From: an archaeon
GTDB lineage: Archaea > Iainarchaeota > Iainarchaeia > Iainarchaeales > JAAZKV01
Assembly (NCBI GenBank): GCA_041650735.1
Contig: JBAZKP010000001.1
Coordinates: 163,076-227,075, forward strand
Length of the DNA stretch: 64,000 bases
Reading direction: 5' to 3'
Positions 26,933 to 36,312 of this stretch are shown here, piece by piece. The position numbers were made by a program, and so were the translations under genes. Under the pieces are notes generated by a model. That model was not told the DNA's origin and did not search any database. It saw only the letters and a list, made by a program, of their open reading frames with translations. How positions within the stretch are numbered: position 1 is the first letter of the stretch; every line of letters begins with the position of its first letter.

Positions 26933-28522
26933 TTAAATCTTCTTAGACATGTAAGGCCCTTCTTTTTTGTATCCAAAGTTTTTGCTATAATATTCTTTTA
27001 CTCCCAAACCTGAAATAATCACAATTTTCTTTGCATCAAACCTTTCTTTAGCCAATCTTTCACCCTCAATCATTAATTCCTTACCAATACCTTGATGCTG
27101 GGAACTCTCCACGCTTTTTTCTCCAAGAGGCAAAGCTTTCCCATAAACATGCAATTCTCTAATTAAAACGGTTTTTGAAGTAATTTCTTTCATAAAAGGT
27201 TTTGTAGGATTACGAAGGCGCAAAAAGCCAAACAGAGAATCTTTTGATTCAAAAGAAACAAAAGCTTCCTCACCATTACTCGCATGATAAAATTCTTTGC
27301 AAAGCTTTGCATCAGAAACATCAGCTGTTTTCTCAAATCTACTCTGCAACCCAACTTCCCTGCACCTAATACAATTGCATTTCTTTCCCTGTTTATGAAG
27401 TTCTTCTTCAACAAGCTGGCGCAAATTTGTTTTCATTACCCCTGCAGAAATAACTGTACTCGGAATATCACGGTTAACACGCATAACCCTAACCCACTTA
27501 GGAATCTCTGACTTAATTTCGGCCAACATTTTTGCAGCTTTCAACTCATCAAGAGGAACATAACTACCTTTTTTCCATTCATCATAAAGCTTTGTGCCCT
27601 TTATAACAAGACAAGGATAAAACTTTACCATATCAGGCTTAAATTTGGGATTAGAAAAAATTTTTTTAAAATTTTTTAAATCTTTTTTATAACTGCTCCC
27701 AGGCAAACCAGGCATTAAATGATAAAGAACCTTGAAAGCAGAATCCTTCAATAACTGCGTTGAATCAACAACATCTCTTACAGAATGCCCCCTGTTAATT
27801 TTTTTATAAATAACATCATCAGGATTCTGCACCCCCAACTCAATCCTTGTGCCTCCGAGATTCAACATCTGGATTATTTCTTTCTCCCGGCACAAATCAG
27901 GCCTTGTCTCAAAAGTTATTCCAACTATTCTTCGAGCAGATTTTTCAGACAAAAGCTTTGCTTTATTAAGAGAAATAGTTTTTTTTCCTATTACCGCATC
28001 AAGACTTTTTTTTACCACGCTTTCCTGTTGCTTTTTTGGAAGAGCAGTAAAAGAACTCCCTTGAAAAATAATTTCTATTTTTTGGGCATTATTGCCTGTC
28101 AAATCAAGCTGTTTTATTCTGTTGGAAACAATTTCAAAAGCATCAAAGCCCAAGCGTTGGGCACGCAAAGCACTAGGCTCAAAACCAGTATAAGATTTAG
28201 GAGAGGATTTATCTCCGAGAGAAGAAGGGCAATAAATGCAGCTCCCAGGACAAGGAAAAGGGGGAAGCATCACAGCAACCACCTGAACCCCTGATAAGCT
28301 TCGCGTAGGCTTAACAGACAATAAAGACTTTATTTTTTCTGAAGGGTTTTTTGCTTGTGCTAAAATAAACGGAAAAGAAGGCATTTCATTTAATCCTAAT
28401 TTTTTGCTCCAAAAAAAGCGCCTTAACTCTAATTCTTTTTGCGAACTAACAACCCCCGAAGAAATTTCTTCAATTATTTTATTCGCATACAAATATTCCT
28501 GTTCAGAATGATTCTTTTTCAT
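26933..28522 (-). CDS. elp3: Elp3-type tRNA uridine(34) modification enzyme (radical SAM + GNAT)
   Basis: Radical-SAM cluster CPGSCIYCP. Conserved RIELGVQ, LMPGLPG and KFYP blocks. C-terminal acetyltransferase domain (QHQGIGKELM). Confidence 0.88.
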   Translation of the reverse strand: MKKNHSEQEYLYANKIIEEISSGVVSSQKELELRRFFWSKKLGLNEMPSFPFILAQAKNPSEKIKSLLSVKPTRSLSGVQVVAVMLPPFPCPGSCIYCPSSLGDKSSPKSYTGFEPSALRAQRLGFDAFEIVSNRIKQLDLTGNNAQKIEIIFQGSSFTALPKKQQESVVKKSLDAVIGKKTISLNKAKLLSEKSARRIVGITFETRPDLCREKEIIQMLNLGGTRIELGVQNPDDVIYKKINRGHSVRDVVDSTQLLKDSAFKVLYHLMPGLPGSSYKKDLKNFKKIFSNPKFKPDMVKFYPCLVIKGTKLYDEWKKGSYVPLDELKAAKMLAEIKSEIPKWVRVMRVNRDIPSTVISAGVMKTNLRQLVEEELHKQGKKCNCIRCREVGLQSRFEKTADVSDAKLCKEFYHASNGEEAFVSFESKDSLFGFLRLRNPTKPFMKEITSKTVLIRELHVYGKALPLGEKSVESSQHQGIGKELMIEGERLAKERFDAKKIVIISGLGVKEYYSKNFGYKKEGPYMSKKI

Positions 28523-28577
28523 AAAAAAAATAATAAAACAATTATAGTTAAAAAATATTCAACAACTAAAAAATCAA

Positions 28578-29375
28578 TCAATTAATGTAAAAAGAAAAAA
28601 GACTGTTAATAAAATAACTGGGAAGCATGGAAAAGGAATAAAACGGCAAACCATACATTACTGTTTCAAGCTTGCTTTTCAAAGTCGGCTTAGCATTAAC
28701 CTTAAAGGCAAATTCCTTTGAGGTATCCTCAAAAGCAATACTTACAACAAACTCTTTTTCCCCTTGAAGGCGAGGATAAACAGAAATCTTTTCCTGAAGA
28801 TTACCTCTCCTAGGCACAACAACCTGCTTCGAATATTTTTCATTATTCAAAGGATTCTTATTCATCCAATTATTAGGTAAATTTGTAGAAACAACAAAAA
28901 CTGCGTCAGAATCAGATTTATTTATAAAAAACAAATTATATTCTGCAATAGAATTAACATTAGTTGAAGCTTCTGAAATATCTGCAGGAGAAACATCCAA
29001 AGCATTCTTCAAAACCTCAAAAGACAAAGGAACCTTGTCACTCTTTACAGGCCCAGAAAGCTCTACTGTAAAAGGATAATTACCTACAGGCGCATTCTCT
29101 GGAACATAAATAAACATCTTAAGGGACTCCATTTCAACTTTAACCTCATAATCAAATCCTGTTGAAAGAGAAGTTACAAGCTGAAGATTCTCATATTTAT
29201 CAACAAGTTCTTTTGAAAAAATTAGTTCAATTGTATTGCCAACCGCAACAGTCCCAACAAAATTAGTTTCATCAAGCGACAACGTCTTGGACAACGGATC
29301 AATAAGCCTTACAGCAAAAACACTGCCTGAAAAAAGGAGAATCAAAACCAATAAAAGGAATGACTTTTTAAACAT
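28578..29375 (-). CDS. Secreted/surface protein, hypothetical
   Basis: Signal peptide MFKKSFLLLVLILLFSGSVFA, beta-rich body and hydrophobic C-terminus. No family recognised. Confidence 0.5.
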   Translation of the reverse strand: MFKKSFLLLVLILLFSGSVFAVRLIDPLSKTLSLDETNFVGTVAVGNTIELIFSKELVDKYENLQLVTSLSTGFDYEVKVEMESLKMFIYVPENAPVGNYPFTVELSGPVKSDKVPLSFEVLKNALDVSPADISEASTNVNSIAEYNLFFINKSDSDAVFVVSTNLPNNWMNKNPLNNEKYSKQVVVPRRGNLQEKISVYPRLQGEKEFVVSIAFEDTSKEFAFKVNAKPTLKSKLETVMYGLPFYSFSMLPSYFINSLFSFYIN

Positions 29376-29423
29376 ACTAAACCAAACTAATTAGATAAAG
29401 AATAGAATAAAAAGGTTATTCTT

Positions 29424-30041
29424 ATGCCTCAAACGGAAGAGAAAAAAAATACTATTGAAGAAAAAACACGCTTCGAAATGACAAAAAGGCACCATAAAGA
29501 AACATATGAAGAAGCCAAAAAAATGGGTAGAATGGATGATGATTTTATTCCATTATGTGATTATATTGCTTCAACAAAAAATTATTTCACTTCCAGCTCA
29601 TGCGCAGGAAGAATAGCACTAATTGGATTAAGTGAAGAAGAAACCAAGCAGGAAAGCGCATTCTATAGAAAATGGCACAGAACGATAAAAACAAAAGAAG
29701 TACTTGATGCAGTAAAAGGATTCAAAGGAAAAGTGCTCTGGTTCAAACAAGAACCACTTATTTTGCATTTAGGCACAAATACACTGGAAAACGCAAAAAA
29801 AGTACTATCCTTATGCGAAAAAACCGGAATAAAAAGAGCAGGAATAAAAGTTGCAAAAAACGGGAAATTCATAATAGAAATGCTTGGCACACAAAATGTT
29901 AACGCCCCAATAAAAGAAGGAAAAATAATTGCGGAAAAAAAGTACTTAATTTATTTAGTGAAAAAAGCAAACGAAAAATTCAAGAAAAACCAGGAACTAA
30001 TAAAAAAACTGGAAAAACAAGCAAAAGAGGATTTGGAATAA
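29424..30041 (+). CDS. taw3: tRNA wybutosine-synthesizing protein 3 homolog (Taw3/TYW3 methyltransferase)
   Basis: Characteristic TSSSCAGRIALI motif (SSCSGRI-type) and a ~200-aa size. Confidence 0.7.
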   Translation: MPQTEEKKNTIEEKTRFEMTKRHHKETYEEAKKMGRMDDDFIPLCDYIASTKNYFTSSSCAGRIALIGLSEEETKQESAFYRKWHRTIKTKEVLDAVKGFKGKVLWFKQEPLILHLGTNTLENAKKVLSLCEKTGIKRAGIKVAKNGKFIIEMLGTQNVNAPIKEGKIIAEKKYLIYLVKKANEKFKKNQELIKKLEKQAKEDLE

Positions 30042-30056
30042 AAAGGTCTGAGAAAA

Positions 30057-30563
30057 ATGAAAAGATTGTTTATTGCAATAGAAATATCAAAAAAAATCAA
30101 GGAACAAATAACAACAGAACTGATTAAGCCATTGGAAAATGTAAAAAAAGTTCCACAAGAAAACCTGCACATAACCCTATGTTTTATTGGAGATGCAAAT
30201 GAGGAAAAAGAAAAACAAATAATTAAAGCACTGGAAAAAATTGAATTCAAAAAATTCAATTCCTTGGTTGGAGGAGCAGGACACTTCAATGAAAGAGTAT
30301 TCTGGGCGAGTGTGGAATCAATCCAATTATATGAACTCGCAGAGCAAATAAGCAAAATACTAGGGACTGACAATGAGTTTAACGGGCACATAACAATTGC
30401 CCGGGCAAATGACGGAACGGATTTCAAAAAAGAGTTTTCCAAAATACGCGGAAAAAAAATCAACCAAACACTTAAAGTTAAAAGTTTCTTTTTAATTGAA
30501 AGTAAGCCAACAATGGAAGGAAGCGTTTACTCAAAAGTAAAAGAATTCAAGGCAAAAGCTTGA
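30057..30563 (+). CDS. RNA 2',3'-cyclic phosphodiesterase / 2'-5' RNA ligase (LigT/ThpR, 2H family)
   Basis: Two H-x-T/S motifs: LHITLCFIG and GHITIAR. Confidence 0.75.
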   Translation: MKRLFIAIEISKKIKEQITTELIKPLENVKKVPQENLHITLCFIGDANEEKEKQIIKALEKIEFKKFNSLVGGAGHFNERVFWASVESIQLYELAEQISKILGTDNEFNGHITIARANDGTDFKKEFSKIRGKKINQTLKVKSFFLIESKPTMEGSVYSKVKEFKAKA

Positions 30564-30610
30564 AAGTTGAATAAAATAAAAAACCTTGAAGAAAATTTTA
30601 CTTAATCATG

Positions 30611-32140
30611 TTACTGAAGTTCTGAGATTGTGGAAAGAACTTTTTCAGGATTATAGTAATAACTTTCAATTACTTCAAGTACTTCTAATGGTTTTCTTAT
30701 GTTCTCGCGGAGCATCCATTCAAGAATGAGTTTTCTTACCTCAATCTCTTTCTTTAAATCATTTTTCGTAAGCGAACTATGCTGAGCCATTTCCTCTAAC
30801 ACACGGCTCTGTATTTCTGTGCGCTTCAAAATATCATTAGCATCATCAAAATCAAACAAGATTCCTGACAAAACCTTATCATCCATCCTAGATAATTCAA
30901 CAATCTGCAATACACGACGCTGCATCCCTTTCTCCTTTGAATAATGTCTCTGCATTATAACAATAAAATCAAGCAAAGGGAGCATTGATTGGGGAACAGA
31001 AAGAGGGCGCTCTTGAAGTTTAACCAAAGTTTCTCGGGCATTATTAGCATGAATAGTGCCAAGACACCCTTGGTGACCAGTATCCATTGCAGTAAAAAAA
31101 GTCAAAGCCTCAGCGCCCTGTACTTCCCCAACAATAATCCTGTCAGGCCTCATCCGCATAGAATTTTTTAACAAAGAATGCATTGTTACTTCAGCACCTG
31201 AAGAAGTTCTGGCTTCAAGCGCAACCCAATTCTCTCTCCCAAGCAAAGATAATTCAATAGTATCCTCAATAGAAACGACTCTTTCATTCAGCCTTATAAA
31301 ATTTGAAAGAATATTCAAGAAAGTAGTTTTACCAGAAGCAGTTCCCCCCGCAACAAGAATATTCTTTGGATAAATACCAAGCCCATCAACCATGAGCCAA
31401 AGAAAAGCAGCTGCCTCCGAAGTAATTGTCTTGCTCTCAATCAAATCAAGAATTGTTAATGGAATTGAAGAAAATTTTCTTATAGTAAGAGTCATTCCTG
31501 TAGGAGAGACATCCGGCAAAGTAGCATTAACTCTGGAACCGTCAGGAAGACGAGCATCAAGCAAAGCATTAGTTGAATCAAACTTACGGTTAATAGTCAA
31601 AGCAATTCTCTGAATAATATCAACAAGTGCCTTTTGCTGAACAGCCACGTTAGTTTTACACATACCATACTTTTTGTGAAAAACAAAAATATTTTCAGGA
31701 CCATTAATCATTAATTCTTCCAAATCATCATCAAGGGAAAAAAAAGATAATTGCTTAAGCCCAATAGAGTTATACAAAACATATTCTGAAAAAAGAATTT
31801 TATTTGAAACAAATTTTACTTTTGAAACCAATTTAACCATTGATTCAAGCAAAGAAACAAATAACTGTTTTGAAGGAAGCTTTTCAACAAGACTATTAAC
31901 CTGAACAACGGAAACAATGCTATCAACAAACAAATCATTAAAATCCGGTGCAGTACCATCAAATTCTTTCCTTAAAATACCTCCCTTATGAATAGCCTTA
32001 ACCAAAAAATCCGCAAAAGCCTTTTCCTTATCAGACAAACTAATAGGCTTGACATCATAAAAATTAGTGGACAAACCCTGATGAATATCAGCTAAAAAAC
32101 TTGAATCAATCTTCTTCATTTTTACTTCACTGAACTTCAT
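30611..32140 (-). CDS. Second FlaI/CpaF/VirB11-family secretion ATPase (orphan paralog)
   Basis: Walker A GGTASGKTT, VVSIEDTIEL, RMRPDRIIVGEVQ, TGHQGCLGTIHA. Clearly paralogous to 12183..13871, but no platform or pilin gene is adjacent. Confidence 0.85.
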   Translation of the reverse strand: MKFSEVKMKKIDSSFLADIHQGLSTNFYDVKPISLSDKEKAFADFLVKAIHKGGILRKEFDGTAPDFNDLFVDSIVSVVQVNSLVEKLPSKQLFVSLLESMVKLVSKVKFVSNKILFSEYVLYNSIGLKQLSFFSLDDDLEELMINGPENIFVFHKKYGMCKTNVAVQQKALVDIIQRIALTINRKFDSTNALLDARLPDGSRVNATLPDVSPTGMTLTIRKFSSIPLTILDLIESKTITSEAAAFLWLMVDGLGIYPKNILVAGGTASGKTTFLNILSNFIRLNERVVSIEDTIELSLLGRENWVALEARTSSGAEVTMHSLLKNSMRMRPDRIIVGEVQGAEALTFFTAMDTGHQGCLGTIHANNARETLVKLQERPLSVPQSMLPLLDFIVIMQRHYSKEKGMQRRVLQIVELSRMDDKVLSGILFDFDDANDILKRTEIQSRVLEEMAQHSSLTKNDLKKEIEVRKLILEWMLRENIRKPLEVLEVIESYYYNPEKVLSTISELQ

Positions 32141-32200
32141 AAAACCACTTGCAAACGCAAATATATAAAGAAAAGTAGTATAATAACTTAAGCGCCTTAA

Positions 32201-33574
32201 ATGAGAGGACAGGATAAAATGAATTCTTTATACAAAAAAGTGCTGAAAAAAATTACCCCCTCTGCAAAAGAAATACGTGCTGAGAAAAAGCTTGTTGAAG
32301 AAATAAGGCACAAATTAACAAAAATAAAAGGAAAACACTCCCACTTAGAATGGTGCGGAAGCAGTGCAAGAGGAACACACCTAAAAGGAGACAAAGACCT
32401 TGATTTATTTATAATGTTTGAAAAAGAACTGCCTGCAGAACAATTAGAGCAAGAAGGAATAAGAATAGCAAAAACTATTTTCCGCGGCCACAAATGGGAA
32501 AAAGCATACTCGCAACACCCTTATTTGAGAGGAGAAATAAATGGTTTTGAAGTGGAAATTGTTCCAAGTTACATTGTTCCAAGCGGAAAAGAAAAACAAA
32601 GTGCTGTAGACAGAACACCATTTCACAACAAATATTTATTGAAAAAATTTTCTGAAAAACAAAAACAAGATGCAAGATTATTAAAACAATTTTTGAAAGG
32701 AATAAATGCTTACGGAGCTGATTTGAAAAACTGCGCTCTCCCAGGATATGGAGTGGAACTGCTGATAGTGTATTATGGCTCATTTGATAAAGCAATAAAA
32801 GCAATTGCAGGATGGAAAGAAAAAGAAACTATTTTACTTGAAAAAAGAGAAAGAAATCCAAGAGAAGATTTTTTCACACCTTTAATAATAATTGACCCAG
32901 TAGATGAAAACAGAAACGTTGCCTCAGCACTATCAGAAAAACAGTACGAAAAAATGAAATTAGCAGCACAAAAATTCCTGGAAAAACCTTCAGAGAAATT
33001 CTTTTTCGGTACAAGCATTACCATATGGTCAAAACAAAAAATAATTGAAGAACTAAAAAAAAGAGAATTCATGGCAATACAAGCAGAATTTCCTAAAAAA
33101 ATCCTTTCTGATTTGGTTTGGGGACAATTAAGAAGATACTTGAGAAAAGCAGCAAACCAATTAGAGGAAAAAGATTTTATTGTCAAAAAAACTGATTTGT
33201 GGAGCGATGAAGATAAGGTATTTTTCTTGTATGAATTAAAAGAACTTAATCTTTCAAAAACAAAAAAAGTATTTGGCCCGCCTGTTAGTGATAAAGAAAA
33301 TGTGAAAAAGTTCCTTGAAAAAAAGAGGAAAATAATTTCAGGACCAAAAAAAGAAAATGGGAGAATCCTTCTTGAAGTGGAAAGAGAAAAAACTAATGCA
33401 AAACAAGTTCTTCAAGAATATGTTAATGAATGCAAAACACAGGAAAGCGACGGAATGAAGGTATGTTTACGAAAAGCAAAAGTGTTAACAGAAAAAGATC
33501 TTTTAGAACACTACAAAGGAGCATTAGCAGAACACCTTACAAAATACTTTGAAGGAAAAGAAGCTTTCGAATAA
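32201..33574 (+). CDS. cca: CCA-adding tRNA nucleotidyltransferase, archaeal class I
   Basis: [21 protein letters not shown] nucleotidyltransferase motif, DRTPFH block, ~450 aa. The real start may be the ATG at 32219. Confidence 0.88.
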   Translation: MRGQDKMNSLYKKVLKKITPSAKEIRAEKKLVEEIRHKLTKIKGKHSHLEWCGSSARGTHLKGDKDLDLFIMFEKELPAEQLEQEGIRIAKTIFRGHKWEKAYSQHPYLRGEINGFEVEIVPSYIVPSGKEKQSAVDRTPFHNKYLLKKFSEKQKQDARLLKQFLKGINAYGADLKNCALPGYGVELLIVYYGSFDKAIKAIAGWKEKETILLEKRERNPREDFFTPLIIIDPVDENRNVASALSEKQYEKMKLAAQKFLEKPSEKFFFGTSITIWSKQKIIEELKKREFMAIQAEFPKKILSDLVWGQLRRYLRKAANQLEEKDFIVKKTDLWSDEDKVFFLYELKELNLSKTKKVFGPPVSDKENVKKFLEKKRKIISGPKKENGRILLEVEREKTNAKQVLQEYVNECKTQESDGMKVCLRKAKVLTEKDLLEHYKGALAEHLTKYFEGKEAFE

Positions 33575-33585
33575 AAGGCAATACT

Positions 33586-34155
33586 ATGAATGCAGTAACA
33601 AAAATAATTGGGGATATACGCGCAGTAAAGAAAAATGATCCTGCGGCAAAAAACTATGTCGAAGTAATTCTCTGCCACACCCCATTATGGACAATAATTG
33701 CTTATAGGTTAATGCATCCTTTGGCAAAAATAAAAATCCCTATAATGCCAAGATTTGTAATGACAATAGCCAAAATAATAACAGGCGTTGAAATACACCC
33801 CTCCGCAAAAATTGGAAAAAACTTTTTCATTGACCACGGAATAGGGGTGGTAATAGGGGAAACAACAATTATCGGAGACAATTGCATATTATTTCAAAAT
33901 GTTACACTCGGGGGGACAGGAAAACATTCCGGGAAAAGGCACCCCACAATAGGCAACAATGTTCTTATCGGGGTGGGAGCAACACTCTTAGGTCCAATCA
34001 GCATAGGGAATAATGTAAAAATAGGAGCAGAAACATTCATTATAATGCACAATACACCATCCAATTGTACGGTTGTAGGAGTACCGGGAAAAATTGTCCG
34101 ACTGAACGGAAAAAAAGTGTTAATAAAACTCAAACCAACACATTTGAAAAAATAA
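33586..34155 (+). CDS. cysE: Serine O-acetyltransferase
   Basis: [19 protein letters not shown]-terminal block, [21 protein letters not shown] and hexapeptide repeats. Confidence 0.85.
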   Translation: MNAVTKIIGDIRAVKKNDPAAKNYVEVILCHTPLWTIIAYRLMHPLAKIKIPIMPRFVMTIAKIITGVEIHPSAKIGKNFFIDHGIGVVIGETTIIGDNCILFQNVTLGGTGKHSGKRHPTIGNNVLIGVGATLLGPISIGNNVKIGAETFIIMHNTPSNCTVVGVPGKIVRLNGKKVLIKLKPTHLKK

Positions 34156-34165
34156 AGGTGAAAAA

Positions 34166-34405
34166 ATGGAAGAAAAAGAAATAACAATAGGGGCAAAATG
34201 CTTTAACTATAAACATCCTGAAAAATTCTATGAAATAATAGGGGTTGCAAAACATTCAGAAACACTGGAAGACCTAGTTCTTTACAAAGCATTATATGAA
34301 AGCGATTTTTCATATGGACAAATATGGGCAAGGCCAAAAAAAATGTTTTTGGAAAAAATAGTAAAAGAAGGAAAAGAAATTTCAAGGTTTACGCTCGTGA
34401 AGTGA
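34166..34405 (+). CDS. DUF1653-family small protein
   Basis: YKHPEKFYEIIGVAKHSETLEDLVLYKALY...IWARPKKMF matches the DUF1653 pattern as I recall it. Confidence 0.6.
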   Translation: MEEKEITIGAKCFNYKHPEKFYEIIGVAKHSETLEDLVLYKALYESDFSYGQIWARPKKMFLEKIVKEGKEISRFTLVK

Positions 34406-34460
34406 GCAAGATTTAAAAAGAATGAAAACATAAGTATTGTAAAGAAAGAATGAGACTAAA

Positions 34461-34815
34461 GGTGATTTTGTGGGACGATATGGCGGTGTATCAAAACAAG
34501 CAGCAAAAATACGACAAAGAATAGCAAGAACTCGAAGAGTACCACTAAGCAAAGTCAGGGAAGACACGGTTCTTAAAGGACTAACCATGAGACCAATCCC
34601 CATTCCAAAAAATGCAAACCCTGGAAGTGCAGTAAGAGTACTTTCACCCGTTAGATACTTTCCAAATGATGGTCTACCAAGAGCTGTTGGTGTGGAAAAG
34701 GCATTAACCCTGTTGAAAAGACAAACTTTTACAAAAAGAAGTAGACCAACAAAACAAGAAATACTAAGAGGAAAAAAACAAAGTTTCGGCAAAGGAACTT
34801 TTAGAGCAAAACACC
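34461..34815 (+). ncRNA. Candidate structured RNA, possibly a reduced RNase P RNA
   Basis: Gap in a compact genome where both strands are open and no ATG-started gene exists. CR-I-like AAGCAAAGUCAGGG (34548-34560) can pair with AACCCUGUUG (34706-34715) as a P4-like helix carrying a bulged U. CAGUAAGAG at 34630-34638. Terminal 9-bp pairing GGUGaUUUUG / CAAAACACC. The full fold was not resolved by eye. Confidence 0.35.
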
Positions 34816-34837
34816 AAGGAAACTAGTAACAATTACC

Positions 34838-35173
34838 TCAAAGCTCAATCAAAATAATACTCAAAACACCAACAGCAATACCAATTTTGTTGATGAAAGA
34901 CAAATCTTCTTTAAAATAAAGAACACCAACCAGAACAACAGCAATAAGATTCAAAATAGTTAAAACAGAAATCGCTTTTGATAAAAAACCATACTTTAAG
35001 GAAAACGCCCAAAACACAGTGCCAATAAAATAAATCACAAAACCAAGAATTAGAATCCAATTACTCTCACCCAAACTCCACTTCTTGAAAAACACATCTC
35101 CAACCACCTCAAGAAAAGTTGCAACAAGAATTAAACTAAAAAAAATTATTTTCAAAACAAATTCTTCAGCCAT
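34838..35173 (-). CDS. Small 4-TM transporter, SMR/DMT (EmrE/ArnE-like)
   Basis: 111 aa with four TM helices. Conserved early Glu (FLEVVGDVFFKKW). Confidence 0.55.
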   Translation of the reverse strand: MAEEFVLKIIFFSLILVATFLEVVGDVFFKKWSLGESNWILILGFVIYFIGTVFWAFSLKYGFLSKAISVLTILNLIAVVLVGVLYFKEDLSFINKIGIAVGVLSIILIEL

Positions 35174-35194
35174 AATACAATACCTATTAAAAAT

Positions 35195-35887
35195 CTAAAT
35201 TGGATCATAACCTAACATTTTTTCAGCTTTTGAAATATCAACCGTATCAAGCTTATCCGCAACATTAAATGCTTCAAACCAAAAAGTACCTTTTGCTTCA
35301 ATTGATTTTACTACCCCATTAATTGCGTTCGCCACACTAACTTTTGTGCCATGCGGACCCTCTTTACCACCAATTCTTGGAAACCTTAACAAAATTATTT
35401 GAATTTTTTTTCTAAGCCCATAAAAAGCCAAAATATTTTCTCCAATCACCTTGCTTTGAGAATACATCAAATCACACTCCTTGCAATTAAAGTCATCCGC
35501 TTTCAAATACATAGGAGCAGTTTGCTGAGTCTCCTTAGTAGGCAACTTTACTGGTATCCCTCTCTCAACACCATAATATGCAGTTGAGCTAATGAAAACC
35601 ATTTTTTTAACTCCAACTTCTATTGCCGCTTTAACAACATTCATTGTTCCGACACAATTAATCATAAAATAAGCATCAAAAGATTTGCTTTCAACAGGTT
35701 TTGTTATTGCGGCGCAATGAACAACAATATCACAACCCTTCATTGCGTTTCTTAATTTAGAATAATCCAAAACATCATTACCTTCAACGAGATCATAATT
35801 CACTACTTGGTATGACTTCATGAGCCGCTCAACCAAAGGTTTCCCAAAATAACCAGAACCGCCCGTAACTAAAATCTTCATAAACAC
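35195..35887 (-). CDS. NAD-dependent epimerase/dehydratase family protein (short SDR)
   Basis: Rossmann motif KILVTGGSGYFG. Extended-SDR-like YSQSK catalytic block. Confidence 0.7.
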   Translation of the reverse strand: MFMKILVTGGSGYFGKPLVERLMKSYQVVNYDLVEGNDVLDYSKLRNAMKGCDIVVHCAAITKPVESKSFDAYFMINCVGTMNVVKAAIEVGVKKMVFISSTAYYGVERGIPVKLPTKETQQTAPMYLKADDFNCKECDLMYSQSKVIGENILAFYGLRKKIQIILLRFPRIGGKEGPHGTKVSVANAINGVVKSIEAKGTFWFEAFNVADKLDTVDISKAEKMLGYDPI

Positions 35888-35933
35888 AACACCAAAATTA
35901 CTTCATAAAAAACTATTTACTTGCATTACAAAG

Positions 35934-36022
35934 CGGGCCTGGAGGGAATCGAACCCCCATCCCGAGATATCTTCTTTTTTAAAGCCGAAGTCTCGTCGCT
36001 TGATCCATTGGCACACAGGCCC
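35934..36022 (-). tRNA. tRNA-Arg(UCG) with 16-nt intron at canonical 37/38 position
   Basis: Hand fold: acceptor GGGCCUG/CAGGCCC, D arm UGCC-AAUGGAUCA-AGCG, anticodon stem CGAGA/UCUCG, loop CUUCGG[intron]A, T arm GGGGG-UUCGAUU-CCCUC, discriminator G. Intron is 35969-35984. BHB: 4-bp helix CUUC/GAAG flanked by the 3-nt bulges GGC and AUA. No encoded CCA. Confidence 0.8.
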
Positions 36023-36069
36023 CGCTTAATTAGAAGCAATTTCTTTACCTATTTTTTGAGGTTTCAAAG

Positions 36070-36085
36070 AACCTTTATAAAGGTT
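36070..36085. promoter_or_regulatory. Palindromic TATA-like element between divergent tRNA-Arg and Zn-ribbon/EF-1beta genes
   Basis: Perfect 16-nt palindrome AACCTTTATAAAGGTT. It lies roughly equidistant from the tRNA 5' end (36022) and the ATG at 36137. Confidence 0.45.
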
Positions 36086-36136
36086 GCTTCTTAGAAAATA
36101 ATTAGTAAGTTGTTTATTTAATACTTGGTGAAAAAC

Positions 36137-36292
36137 ATGAAAACATGCACATCCTGTAATAAAGTTGTAACAGGCAAGCACTCTGAATTCAAGTGCCCTA
36201 GCTGTGGCAAAAGCACTATAGTAAGATGCGAACATTGCAAACAAACCTCAAAAACATATGTTTGCAAAGAATGCGAATTCGAAGGACCATAA
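36137..36292 (+). CDS. Zn-ribbon protein (COG2888-like, conserved partner of aEF-1beta)
   Basis: Below the ORF-track cutoff. Hand translation: MKTCTSCNKVVTGKHSEFKCPSCGKSTIVRCEHCKQTSKTYVCKECEFEGP, with four CxxC pairs. Sits directly upstream of EF-1beta, as in many archaea. Confidence 0.6.
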   Translation: MKTCTSCNKVVTGKHSEFKCPSCGKSTIVRCEHCKQTSKTYVCKECEFEGP

Positions 36293-36312
36293 CTTCTCAA
36301 AGGTGACTATAC

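Noticed and set aside
34470-34826. 118-aa very basic ORF (+), and the 136-aa ORF 34382..34792 on the opposite strand
   Set aside because: The + ORF starts with GTG, has no ribosome-binding sequence and matches no family. The minus ORF is hydrophobic junk-like. Both strands being open is typical of structured-RNA loci. I favour an ncRNA but cannot fully exclude a novel basic protein.
35931-36025. Possible tRNA-Sec-like 9-bp acceptor stem in the tRNA at 35.9 kb
   Set aside because: The extra pairs come from flanking nucleotides. A standard 7-bp acceptor, a 5-bp T stem, a short variable loop and a UCG anticodon with an intron give a normal tRNA-Arg. There is no UCA anticodon and no long variable arm.
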